DNA of 64,000 nucleotides from contig CAVQUB010000002.1 in the NCBI GenBank assembly GCA_963716725.1, positions 64,001 to 128,000 of the forward strand, in the 5' to 3' direction. A program made the translations under genes and the position numbers. Below, piece by piece: positions 9,382 through 19,552 of this stretch. Positions within the stretch are counted from its first letter, which is position 1. Each line of letters opens with the position of its first letter. The notes under the pieces were generated by a model, which saw only the letters and a program-made list of their open reading frames with translations, was not told the origin of the DNA and searched no databases. This stretch comes from an uncultured delta proteobacterium. GTDB taxonomy: Bacteria; Myxococcota_A; Polyangia; Polyangiales; Polyangiaceae.

Positions 9382-11058
9382 ATGACCGAGGAAGACGTCG
9401 ACAAGTCCCCCGCGCCCAACACCGTCCGCGGTGACGATCTCGAGCCCGCGGTCCAAGCGCTCAGCGAGCTTTGCCGCCGCGCCAAGCAGCGGGTGGTGGG
9501 TCACGTCACCGAGGCCGGCAGGATCTCCTCCCGGCTGCTCGACCGCCATCAGCTCGCGGCGCATGCCCTCGCGTACCTCGCGACCGAGGTCGAGGCAGCG
9601 CGACAGCTCGTCGCGTGGTCGGACCGCGTCGACGGTGCGCTCGAGCGGGCCATCGCCGGCGCCTACGTCGGCGAGCTGTGTCGAACGCTCGCGGGCGGGA
9701 TCGACCTCGGCCCCTGCGAGTCGGTTTCTTTGGGTCAACTCTGGCTCGAGGGCGACGACATTCGGGAAACGCTGGGGCGCACCGACGTGAAGGCCATCGC
9801 CGAGCGCTACGGCTCGGGGGACGGCGTGTGCGAGCTGGCGCGCCAGGCCCACGAGCGAGGAAACTTCGGAGACCCCGGCCTCGACGACGAGACGCTGTCC
9901 GCCATTCAGAGTGAGTTCCGCCGCTTCGTCGAGAGCGAAGTGATACCCATCGCCCAGGACGTGCACCGGCGCGACCAGCTCATTCCGATCTCCCTGATCT
10001 CCAAGATGGCGGAGCTCGGCGTGTTCGGCTTGACCATTCCGGAAGAGTTCGGGGGCCTAGGGCTGGGTAAAGTCGCCATGTGTCTGGTCACCGAGGAGCT
10101 GAGCCGGGGCTACATCGGTGTAGGTTCCCTGGGCACGCGATCCGAGATCGCCGCGGAGCTGATCTTGGGCGGGGGAACCGAGGAGCAAAAGCGCGACTGG
10201 TTGCCGCGGCTGGCCGCCGGGGAGGTGCTCTCGACCGCCGTGTTCACCGAGCCCAACTACGGCTCGGATCTGGCTCACATCAAGGCCCGGGCCGAGAAAC
10301 AGCCCGACGGCAGCTACAAGATCTTCGGTCAGAAGACCTGGATCACCCACGCCACGCGCGCCGACCTGATGACGCTCCTGGCGCGCACCGACCCCGACGA
10401 CACGGGCTACGGCGGCCTCAGCATGTTCCTCGCACCCAAGACCCGCGGGAGCGAAGACAACGTCGAGACCGAGGGCTTCCCCGACCCGGGTCTGACCGGC
10501 ACCGAGATCAAAGTGCTGGGGTATCGCGGCATGAAGGAGTTCGAGATCGCCTTCGACGGCTTCGACATTCCTGCGGGCTGCGTCCTGGGAGACATCGAGG
10601 GCCAGGGTTTCAAGCAGCTGATGGTGACCTTCGAGAGCGCGCGCATCCAGACCGCCGCGCGCGGCGTCGGGGTAGCGCAGGCGGCCCTCGACGAGGCCAT
10701 GCGCTACGCGCACGACCGCGTGCAGTTCGGCGTGCCGATCTTCAACTTTCCACGCGTGCAGCGCAAGCTGGGCCGGATGATCGCCCGCATCATGGCGTCA
10801 CGCCAGCTGACCTTCTTCGCAGCTCGCGCCAAAGACGGCGGCAATCGCTGCGACCTCGAGGCAGGCATGGCCAAGCTCTTGGCGACGCGCGCGGCGTGGG
10901 AGTCCGCGGACGCTTGCGTGCAGATCCACGGCGGCAACGGCTACGCTGAAGAGTACGTCGCGTCGCGCTTGTTGGTGGACGCCCGCGTGCTCAGCATCTT
11001 CGAGGGTGCAAACGAAATCCAAGCGCATGTGATTGCGCGGCGCCTGCTGGAGGTTTGA
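9382..11058 (+). CDS. mcd: (2S)-methylsuccinyl-CoA dehydrogenase (acyl-CoA dehydrogenase with N-terminal extension)
   Basis: [68 protein letters not shown]; about 170-aa N-terminal extension characteristic of Mcd. Confidence 0.9.
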   Translation: MTEEDVDKSPAPNTVRGDDLEPAVQALSELCRRAKQRVVGHVTEAGRISSRLLDRHQLAAHALAYLATEVEAARQLVAWSDRVDGALERAIAGAYVGELCRTLAGGIDLGPCESVSLGQLWLEGDDIRETLGRTDVKAIAERYGSGDGVCELARQAHERGNFGDPGLDDETLSAIQSEFRRFVESEVIPIAQDVHRRDQLIPISLISKMAELGVFGLTIPEEFGGLGLGKVAMCLVTEELSRGYIGVGSLGTRSEIAAELILGGGTEEQKRDWLPRLAAGEVLSTAVFTEPNYGSDLAHIKARAEKQPDGSYKIFGQKTWITHATRADLMTLLARTDPDDTGYGGLSMFLAPKTRGSEDNVETEGFPDPGLTGTEIKVLGYRGMKEFEIAFDGFDIPAGCVLGDIEGQGFKQLMVTFESARIQTAARGVGVAQAALDEAMRYAHDRVQFGVPIFNFPRVQRKLGRMIARIMASRQLTFFAARAKDGGNRCDLEAGMAKLLATRAAWESADACVQIHGGNGYAEEYVASRLLVDARVLSIFEGANEIQAHVIARRLLEV

Positions 11059-11061
11059 ACG

Positions 11062-12147
11062 ATGACCACGATTCGAAAGCCCGAGTACGGACGACGCCTG
11101 GACGACTTCGAGCTGGGAGCGGTGTACGCGCACCCCTGGGACGTCACGGTCGATGACGGCATGATCGCGCTCTTCGCGGCGTCGTTTCAGGACGCGACAC
11201 CCACCTACGCGAGCCGCGCAGCGGCTGAAGCCCTGGGTTTCTCCGGACGCCCGGTGCACCCGCTCTTGCTGCTGAACCTCGGGCTCAGCTTCAGCGTGCA
11301 CGACGTCAGCGAGCAGGCGATCGCTCATCTCGCGTACATCGACCTGCGCTTTCCGGAGGCCTGCTATCCGGGCGACACGCTCACCGCCTCCAGTAAAGTG
11401 CTCGGCAAGAAGCCCAGCTCGAAGGGCGATCGTGGCGTGGTCGAAGTGCGAACGCTGGTGGAAAATCAGCGGGGCGAAGTCGTGTGCCGCTTCGACCGCA
11501 AGGCGTTGGTCCGCGCCGGCAGCGTTCGGGAGCGACCCGCGAGCCCCTGGCCCGGGGCCACGCAGCGCGATCCCGGCGAGCACTTCCTGCCGCCGCCGCT
11601 CCGGAACGGAGTCGCGCCCCCGCGTCGGCAGGCGGGCTTCTCGGGGCTCTTCGAGGACTACGCCGTGGGCGACGTCTTCTTCCACAGCGTGGGCAAGACC
11701 GTGGGCGACTCCGAGCACATGCAGATCACGCAACTGTGTCGCAACTCCCACCCGATCCACTTCGACGAGATCTACTGCAAAGAGAACTCCTTCGCGAAGA
11801 CGCGGGTCGTGTACGGCGGGCTGGTGATGTCCTGGGTCCTGGCCCTCACCAGCCGTGACCTCTGCGGCAACGCCGTCTGGGACATGGGCCTCGACGCCGG
11901 CGCTCACCCCAACGGCACCCTGGCCGGCGACACGCTGTTTGCCGCCTCGCGCGTCGTCGCAAAGGAAGAGCTGGGCCAAAGCGCGGGCATCGTCACGCTG
12001 CGCGTGGTCGGCACCAAGAATCGACCGCCGGAGGCGCTCTACGACAGCGGCAAGCTCTTCGACCCGGAACTCGACAAGGCCGAGGGAAAGATCCCGGAGA
12101 AAGTCGTCGAGATCACCCGTCGGGTGTTGGTGCGCCGCAGGCCCTGA
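11062..12147 (+). CDS. mch: Mesaconyl-CoA (2-methylfumaryl-CoA) hydratase, double MaoC hot-dog fold
   Basis: SVHDVSEQAIAHLAY, YPGDTL, FEDYAVGD, NSHPIHFD, VVYGG, GAHPNGTLAGDTL; 3 bp downstream of mcd. Confidence 0.85.
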   Translation: MTTIRKPEYGRRLDDFELGAVYAHPWDVTVDDGMIALFAASFQDATPTYASRAAAEALGFSGRPVHPLLLLNLGLSFSVHDVSEQAIAHLAYIDLRFPEACYPGDTLTASSKVLGKKPSSKGDRGVVEVRTLVENQRGEVVCRFDRKALVRAGSVRERPASPWPGATQRDPGEHFLPPPLRNGVAPPRRQAGFSGLFEDYAVGDVFFHSVGKTVGDSEHMQITQLCRNSHPIHFDEIYCKENSFAKTRVVYGGLVMSWVLALTSRDLCGNAVWDMGLDAGAHPNGTLAGDTLFAASRVVAKEELGQSAGIVTLRVVGTKNRPPEALYDSGKLFDPELDKAEGKIPEKVVEITRRVLVRRRP

Positions 12148-12202
12148 CGCGGCCGGCCCGAGCCGAGTGCCCGCTCGCCGACAAATGCGATAAGAATACG
12201 CG

Positions 12203-13045
12203 ATGGTCGACTGGATGGTGCGCCCACCTGGCGACAGGCCGATGGGGCCAGTTCCGACGGATTGGGTGGTGCGCGCGCTGCAAAGCGGACAGCTCGCGCC
12301 CACCGCTCAGGGATGTCGGGAGGGCACCCAAGAGTGGAGGCTGTTGGCGGAGTTCAGCGAGTTTGCGCCCTACGCCTTCGACGGCGAGGCGACCCACGTC
12401 ACGAACCCACCTTGGGCCGAGGCCGGTGCGCATTCCGCGCGCGCCCCCCAGGCGCCGGGGCCGGGGCTGCCACCTGCACAGGCACCGGCGCCGTTGGCGA
12501 TCGGTCAGCGCGCCTACGGCGAGGTGGACGACGAGGCCGAGACCCGCATCGCGCCGCCCCCCAGCGAGGCCGCGGACTTTCCCGTCGACGACGAGACCAT
12601 GACGCGAGTCGCGACCGGCCCCGTGCCGCGGTCGATCCGGGAGCGACGCGGAGGCGTGCTGCCCACCCTACCGATGCCGGCCTCCTCCAACCTGCCGCCG
12701 GGCCTGGAGCTGCCGACGCCACGACCCGCAGCGGGCGCGGCGCTGCCGCCACCCCTCGATCGAGCGGACGCGCCGCCGCCGACGCTTCCGTTCATCAACG
12801 CCGGGAGCTTTCCGACTCCTGACGGCCACAGTGCTGCCGTGCAATCACCGATAGCCGGGCCCCCCGCCCATGCCCCTCAGCAGTGGCCAGGCAGCCTGCC
12901 GCCCCAGCAGATGCAGTACCCGCCGCAGCAGTACTACGCGCCCGACCCGGCCGGCGATCACGGGCTGAAGAAGCTGGTCGGACTGATCGTCTTCCTGGCC
13001 GTCGCCCTGGCGATCGTGCTCATTTTGCTCCTGATCCGTCGCTGA
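12203..13045 (+). CDS. GYF-like N-terminal domain, Pro-rich linker and C-terminal membrane anchor
   Basis: MGPVPTDWVVRALQSGQL...EGTQEWRLLAEFSEF; long Pro-rich region; terminal helix LVGLIVFLAVALAIVLILLLIRR. Confidence 0.7.
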   Translation: MVDWMVRPPGDRPMGPVPTDWVVRALQSGQLAPTAQGCREGTQEWRLLAEFSEFAPYAFDGEATHVTNPPWAEAGAHSARAPQAPGPGLPPAQAPAPLAIGQRAYGEVDDEAETRIAPPPSEAADFPVDDETMTRVATGPVPRSIRERRGGVLPTLPMPASSNLPPGLELPTPRPAAGAALPPPLDRADAPPPTLPFINAGSFPTPDGHSAAVQSPIAGPPAHAPQQWPGSLPPQQMQYPPQQYYAPDPAGDHGLKKLVGLIVFLAVALAIVLILLLIRR

Positions 13046-13054
13046 GGTGAGGGC

Positions 13055-16000
13055 ATGCGCTGGCAGATCGCCATCGATCGCGGCGGGACGTTCACCGACT
13101 CGGTAGCGATCGATCCGACCGGGGATCTGCGAGTGGGCAAGGTCCTGTCGAGCGATCGCGCGACCCTGGACGTGATCCGATCGGTGATGGGCCTCGACGC
13201 GGACGCGCCAATACCCGCCTGCGACCTGCGCATCGGCACCACCCTAGCCACCAACGCCTTGCTCGAACGCCGCGGCCGCCGCACGGCCCTCGCCATCACG
13301 CGCGGCTTCGGCGACCTGCTCGCCATCGGCACCCAAGCGCGGCCCGATCTGTTCGCGCTCGACATCCGGAAGCCCGAAGCCCTGCCCGAACGCGTGATCG
13401 AGATCGATGCTCGCCTCGACGCTCAGGGCAGGATCTCGTCGCGGCCAGACGTCGGCGCCCTCGCCACCGAGCTCGCAGAGCTGGTGGCCGAAGGCATGCA
13501 GTCCCTCGCGGTCGTGGTGATCCACTCGTATCTGGATCCGACCCTCGAGGCCGAGCTCGGGACCATCGCGCGCGCCGTCGGATTCGAGCACGTTTCGCTT
13601 TCGCACCGGGTTTCACCGGAGCTCGGACTGCTCGCCCGCACCGAGACGACGGTGCTCGACGCTTACCTGACGCCGCTGCTCCGCGATCACTTCGCAGCTT
13701 TGTCCGAGGAGCTGCCGGGCTCGACGCTCGAAGCCATGCAATCGAGCGGCGGCCTGATCGCCGCGCCGCTGCTCACCGGGCCCCACGCCATCCTCTCGGG
13801 GCCTGCGGGGGGCCTGGTCTCGGTGGGCGCCATCGCAGGGGCGGCAGCAGCGGAGAAAGCCATCGGCTTCGACATGGGTGGGACCTCGACCGACGTCTCT
13901 CGTTGGGCCGGAGAGCTGCCCGTCGTGTACGAGGCCGAACACGCCGGGCTCCGCGTCCGCGCGCCCATGATGGACATTCACACCATCGCTGCGGGCGGTG
14001 GCTCGCTCTGCCGCGTCGATGGCAACCGACTCGCTGTGGGACCGGAGAGCGCGGGCGCGGACCCGGGACCGCTGGTCTACGGCCACCCGGAAGCACGTGA
14101 GCTGACGCTGACCGACGTCAACGTGGCGCTGGGCCGATTGCCCGTCGATCGATTCCCCTTCCGGCTGCATCCCGCGCGGGCCGAGGCGCGCCTCGCCGAG
14201 CTGGCCGGACAGCTCGCGACCTCCGGCTCACCCCTCGATCCGCGGAGCGTCGCCGAAGGCTTCGTCGACGTGGCCAACAGCGCAATGGCCGAGGCGATCC
14301 GTCGGGTGTCCATCGCCCGAGGCCACGACGTCCGCGACCACGCCTTGGTCGTCTTCGGCGGCGCGGGCGGGCAGCACGCCTGCGGCATCGCCCGGCGGCT
14401 CGGCATCCGACGCTTGCTGTTTCACCCCCTGGCGGGGGTGCAGAGCGCCTTCGGCATCGGCTTGGCCGATTGAGTGAGCCACGTCGAACGCGATGCTGGG
14501 CGAGCGCGGCTCGAGGCGACGTCCCGCTCCGCGCTCGAGGTGGCCTTCGCGGAGCTGGAGCGCGAGGCGACCGCCGCGCTGATTCGATCCGGCGTTCCGC
14601 CTGGCGAGGTGACTCTGATTCGACGCCTCGATCTGCGCTACGTGGGCAGTGAAGCGCGGCTGACCCTCGCGTTCGACGAGGCGGAGGAGCTGATCGGTGG
14701 CTTTCACGCCGCCCACGAGCAGACCTACGGGCACGCCCGCCCCGGTCATGCCATCGAGGTCGTCAATCTGCGGGTGCAGGCCCGGGCGCCGGGGCTGGGC
14801 TTCGCGCTGCCCTCGATCGCGGCCGGGCAGGCCCGGGCGCCGGTGCCGATCAGGACCGAGCGGGTTCATTTCGGCGGGCGCTGGCTCGAAGCCGTGCCCT
14901 GCATCAACCGCGAGGCGCTTGCGCCCGGCGCAGGCGCCCGGGGGCCGCTCTTGGTGTTGGAATCGACGGGCACGATCTGGCTCGAACCGGGTTTCGATCT
15001 CCGTGTGCTCGTCGATGGGGTCTTCGAAGTCGTGGTCTCGGCTGGAGCCGACCCCCCCTCTGAGCTGCCACGAATCGACGCAGCCAAGGTCGATCCAGTG
15101 CTGCTCGAGGTCATGAGCAACTCGTACATGTCAATCGCCGAGCAGATGGGCGAGTCACTGCGACGAACCGCCTTCAGCACCAACATCCGCGAGCGACTCG
15201 ATTTTTCCTGCGCGGTCTTCGATTCCGACGCCGGGCTGGTCGCCAACGCGCCACACATTCCGGTGCACCTTGGGGCGATGAGCGAGTCGGTTCGCTCGGT
15301 GTGCGAGGCGCACCCCAACATGAAGCCCGGCGACGTGTTCGTGACGAACGACCCCTATGCGGGTGGCTCGCATCTGCCGGACATCACCGTCGTGAGCCCG
15401 GTGCACGATGAGCGCGGCCAGCTCGTGTTTTACACCGCGTGCCGCGGCCACCACGCGGACGTCGGGGGCATCACGCCCGGTTCCATGCCTGCGCTGTCCT
15501 CCTCCCTCGAGCAGGAGGGCGTCGTGCTGTCCGCGTTGCGCCTCGTGAGCGAAGGGCGCCTCGATCGGGAGCGCATCCTCCGCGTGCTCTCCGGCGGGCC
15601 CCACCCGGCCCGGGATCCTGAGGGAAATCTCCGGGATTTGGAGGCTCAGGTTGCAGCCAACGCCACCGGGGCGAGGTTGCTCGGAGATCTCGCGCGTCAC
15701 CACGGAGCTGACCTCGTGCGCGCCTACATGCAGCACGTGCAGGACGACGCGGCCAAGCGTGTGGAACGCGAGATCGAGCGTCTCGGCGACGGCGAACACG
15801 CTTTTGCGGACGCGCTCGACGACGGCACGCCGATCGTGGCGAGCCTGCGCGTCTCGGGCAGGACCATGCGCGTCGACTTCAGCGGGACCGGCGCCGAGGT
15901 GGGAGGCAACCTCAACGCCCCCCGAGCGGTCACCCTCGCCTGCGTCTTGTACTTCCTCCGCACCCTCGTCGGCGCGCCAATCCCGCTCAACAGCGGCTGC

Positions 16001-16603
16001 CTCCGCCCGGTCGAGATCTACATCCCGCCCGGCAGCGTGCTGAGCCCGACGCCGGGCCACGCCGTGTGTGGAGGCAACGTGGAGACGAGTCAGCGGGTCG
16101 TGGACGTCTTGCTTGCCGCCGCGGGACGCGCCGCCGCAAGTCAGGGCACGATGAACAACCTGAGTTTCGGCGGCCAGGGTTGGTCGTACTACGAGACGAT
16201 CGGGGGCGGAGCCGGCGCGGGGCCGGGTTTCTGCGGCGCGAACGCCGTGCACACTCATATGACCAATACGCGCATCACCGACCCGGAAGTCCTCGAGAGT
16301 CGCTACCCCGTGCGCCTCGAGCGCTTCGCGCTCCGCTCGGGATCTGGCGGTCGGGGTGCGCATCGTGGGGGCGATGGAGTGGTGCGAGAGCTCACCTTCC
16401 TCGAATCCGCCGAGATCGCCCTGCTCTCGGAGCGACGCCTTCGGGCTCCCTTCGGCTTGGCTGGCGGCGAGCCCGGCGCCTGCGGGCGAAACCTGCTCGA
16501 CGGACGCGACATCGGGGGCAGCGCCAGCGCGCGCGTCGAAGCGGGCGCCCGCCTCGTCATCGAGACCCCCGGCGGCGGCGGCTACGGGACGCCGAGGTCG
16601 TGA
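13055..16603 (+). CDS. Fused 5-oxoprolinase/hydantoinase (A+B), interrupted by an in-frame TGA at 14471-14473
   Basis: [44 protein letters not shown], then in the same frame [44 protein letters not shown]. Confidence 0.88.
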
Positions 16604-16634
16604 GCCCGTGCGGACGTGGTAGGAAGATCCAGCG

Positions 16635-17474
16635 ATGGACATTTCGCTTCGAGACGTCGAAAAGTCCTTCACCGGGCGGGACGGCCAGCACACGGCGCTG
16701 GCCGGAGTGAGCATCGAGATCCCCAGCGGCTCCTTCGTTTGTCTGCTCGGACCGTCGGGCTGCGGCAAGACCACGGTGCTCAATCTGATCGCCGGCTTCG
16801 AACGCGCTGACAGCGGCAAGGTGCTGGTGGACGGTCGCGAGATCGACGGCCCCGGTCCGGACCGCGTGGTGATGTTTCAGGATCCCGCGCTGTTTCCCTG
16901 GCTCAGCGTCGAGCAGAACGTCGGATTCCCACTCGAGCGCAGCGCCCTGGGCACCGTCGAGCGTGCGGAGCGGGTGCACGAGGCCCTGCGCGTCGTCCAC
17001 CTCTACAAGTTCAGGAACGCCCAGCCCCACGAGCTCTCCGGCGGCATGCGCGCCCGAGCCGCCATCGCTCGAGCGCTGGTGATGGAACCCCGCGCGATGC
17101 TGATGGACGAGCCCTTCGCAGCCCTCGACGCCCAGACCCGTGAGCTGCTTCAGACCGAGATCGAACGCGTCTGGCAACGCACCAAGGCGACGATGGTCTT
17201 CGTCACGCACGACAATCGCGAGGCGGTGCGCTTGGCCACTCGGGTCGTGGTCATGGGCACTCGCCCGGGCTCGGTGAAGCTCGAGCTCGACGTGGAAGAG
17301 GATCTGCCCCGTCCGCGGGACCCCCTCGACCGAAACGTGAACCTGCTGGTCACCCGCGTGCAGCGCGCGCTCCAAGCCGAGATCGAGAAGATCGCACGTG
17401 AAGAGAGCGACGACGGAAAGCCCAGCCCTTCGCGACCTGGGCGCGGCGGGCCAGATTTGGGTCGCGACATCTGA
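16635..17474 (+). CDS. ABC transporter ATP-binding protein, NitT/TauT/SsuB type
   Basis: GPSGCGKT, FQDPALFPW, LSGGM, MDEPF, FVTHD. Confidence 0.9.
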   Translation: MDISLRDVEKSFTGRDGQHTALAGVSIEIPSGSFVCLLGPSGCGKTTVLNLIAGFERADSGKVLVDGREIDGPGPDRVVMFQDPALFPWLSVEQNVGFPLERSALGTVERAERVHEALRVVHLYKFRNAQPHELSGGMRARAAIARALVMEPRAMLMDEPFAALDAQTRELLQTEIERVWQRTKATMVFVTHDNREAVRLATRVVVMGTRPGSVKLELDVEEDLPRPRDPLDRNVNLLVTRVQRALQAEIEKIAREESDDGKPSPSRPGRGGPDLGRDI

Positions 17475-17527
17475 GTCGGAGGAATCGGACCGTCGCTTTC
17501 GGCGCCGAGCTCGACTACGAGGGGCTC

Positions 17528-18722
17528 GTGTCGTCAGCTCCCCTCACCCTGCTGAACAACGCCGAGGTCTTCTCGCCAGACCCCCTTGGACGCCGCCAGG
17601 TCCTGGTCGGCGGCGGCAGCATCCTCGCCCTCGGGCCCGAGCTGGGCCAGATCGACCCGAGCTTGTGCCAGGTCATCGACCTCGGTGGCGCGCGCCTCGT
17701 GCCCGGGCTGCTCGATGCCCACGTGCACCTCACGGGCGGTGGCGGCGAAGCCGGACCGTCGTCGCGCGTGCCCGAGGTTCAGCTGACCGACCTCAGCCGC
17801 GCGGGAGTGACGACGGCGGTGGGCGTGCTCGGCACCGACGGCACGACCCGCAGCGTCGCCGCCTTGGTCGCCTCCACGCTGGGCCTGCGCGAGCAGGGCC
17901 TCTCGGCCTGGTGCTGGACCGGGAGCTACGAGCTGCCCCCGCTCACGCTGACGGGCAGCGTCCGCTCGGACATCGTCTTCGTCGATCCAATCATCGGCGT
18001 GGGTGAAGTCGCCATCAGCGATCACCGATCCTCGCAGCCGACCCTCGACGAGCTGGCCCGCCTCGCCGCGGACTGCCACGTCGCCGGGATGATGAGCGGC
18101 AAGGCGGGCATCCTGCATCTGCACCTGGGTGACGGGCCGCGCGGGCTCGAGCTCGTCCGGCGCCTGCTCGAGGACGACGGAGCTGCCTGCGCGGGTCTTC
18201 TACCCGACGCACGTGAACCGCAAGACGCGACTCTTCGCCGAGGCCCTGGAGCTGGCGGCGCGCGGCTCCACCATCGACGTGACGGCCTTTCCCGTCGCAG
18301 ACGGGGAAGATGCACTGTCGGCCGCTGACGCCATCGCGGAGTACCTGCGCGCGGGCGCTCCCCGGGAGCGCCTGACTTGCAGCTCCGACGGCGGCGGCTG
18401 CCTTCCGACCTTCGACTCGGAGGGCCGCATGCTCAGCATGGATGTCGGGACCCCCGCCGCGCTGGCTGAGACCCTCCAACTCCTGCTGGGCCGCGGCCAC
18501 GCGCTCGAGCAGGTGCTGCCGATCTTCACCCGGAACGTCGCTGACCTGCTGCGACTGCCGAGAAAGGGCCGGATTGCCGTGGGGGCCGACGCCGATCTCG
18601 TCGTGCTTGACGACGGCCATCGCATACGCGACGTGATGGCCGGCGGACGACTCCTCGTCCAATCCGGCGAGCCCGTGGCCCGCGGGAAGTTCGAACGATC
18701 GACTCCGAAAGCACCCAGATGA
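17528..18722 (+). CDS. iadA: Isoaspartyl dipeptidase (beta-aspartyl peptidase); frameshift near 18172
   Basis: PGLLDAHVHLTGGGGEAG, GVLGTDG, GEVAISDHRSS, SGKAGILHLHLGD, then YPTHVNR and SSDGGGCLP in the next frame. Confidence 0.92.
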
Positions 18723-19546
18723 GCCCAGCGAAGGTCGAGGCAGATGGTAAGCGAGGCTTCATCGTTCCCATCGGTGGCGCCGAGGACAAAGAGGGCGCCG
18801 CGAACATCCTGCGCAAGTTCATCGACGTATCCGGCGGCGGCGGTTCGCGGATCGTGATCATCCCCACCGCCTCCAAGCTGGCAGACACCGGGCGCCGCTA
18901 CGAGAAGCTCTTCCGCAAGCTGGGAGCCGACGAGGCCAAGGCGCTGCCGCTGGCGTCCCGCGACGACGCGGCGAAGCGTGAGTGGCTCGACTACATCGAA
19001 GCCGCCAACGGGATCTTCGTGACGGGAGGCAACCAGCTCCGACTCAGCACCATCTTGGGAGGAACGCCCGTTGCCAAGGCCATCCGGCGCGCAAACGCTC
19101 GGGGTGTGGCGGTCGGCGGAACCAGCGCCGGCGCCGCCATTCTCAGCGAACACATGATCGCCTACGGCGCCGAGGGGCATACGCCGCACGCGGGCGCCGT
19201 GGCCCTCGTCCCCGGCTTCGGCCTCACGAACCGCATCATCCTCGACCAACACTTTCGACAGCGTGACCGGCTCGGCCGCCTGCTGACCGCGCTGGCCTAC
19301 AACCCCTTCGCCGTGGGCGTCGGGCTCGACGAGGACACCGCCGCTTTCATCGATCACGAGCGCAAGCTCAAGGTGGTCGGAACCGGCGCCCTCACCATCG
19401 TCGACGCCTCCGAGCTCTCGCACTCCTCCATCGCCGAGGCCAAGCAGGGCAATCCCGTGTGCATGACCAACGTCCGCCTGCACGTGCTGATCGACGGCGG
19501 CACCTTCGACCTCGAGACGAGGCTTGCCACCGCGGCGGGTGGCTGA
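18719..19546 (+). CDS. cphB: Cyanophycinase
   Basis: IGGAEDK, FVTGGNQLRL, GTSAGA nucleophile motif, DQHFRQRDRLGRL, GLDEDT. Confidence 0.95.
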   Translation: MSPAKVEADGKRGFIVPIGGAEDKEGAANILRKFIDVSGGGGSRIVIIPTASKLADTGRRYEKLFRKLGADEAKALPLASRDDAAKREWLDYIEAANGIFVTGGNQLRLSTILGGTPVAKAIRRANARGVAVGGTSAGAAILSEHMIAYGAEGHTPHAGAVALVPGFGLTNRIILDQHFRQRDRLGRLLTALAYNPFAVGVGLDEDTAAFIDHERKLKVVGTGALTIVDASELSHSSIAEAKQGNPVCMTNVRLHVLIDGGTFDLETRLATAAGG

Positions 19547-19552
19547 AGACCC

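Noticed and set aside
4131..9966. Extended N-termini in the ORF track (1168-aa ClpA, 945-aa Mcd, 649-aa Ccr) as fusions
   Set aside because: The extensions overlap other real genes; plausible starts are 5349, 9382 and 9270
14471..14520. Selenocysteine recoding of the oxoprolinase TGA
   Set aside because: The position is not a catalytic Cys site as far as I can tell, and no convincing SECIS hairpin follows
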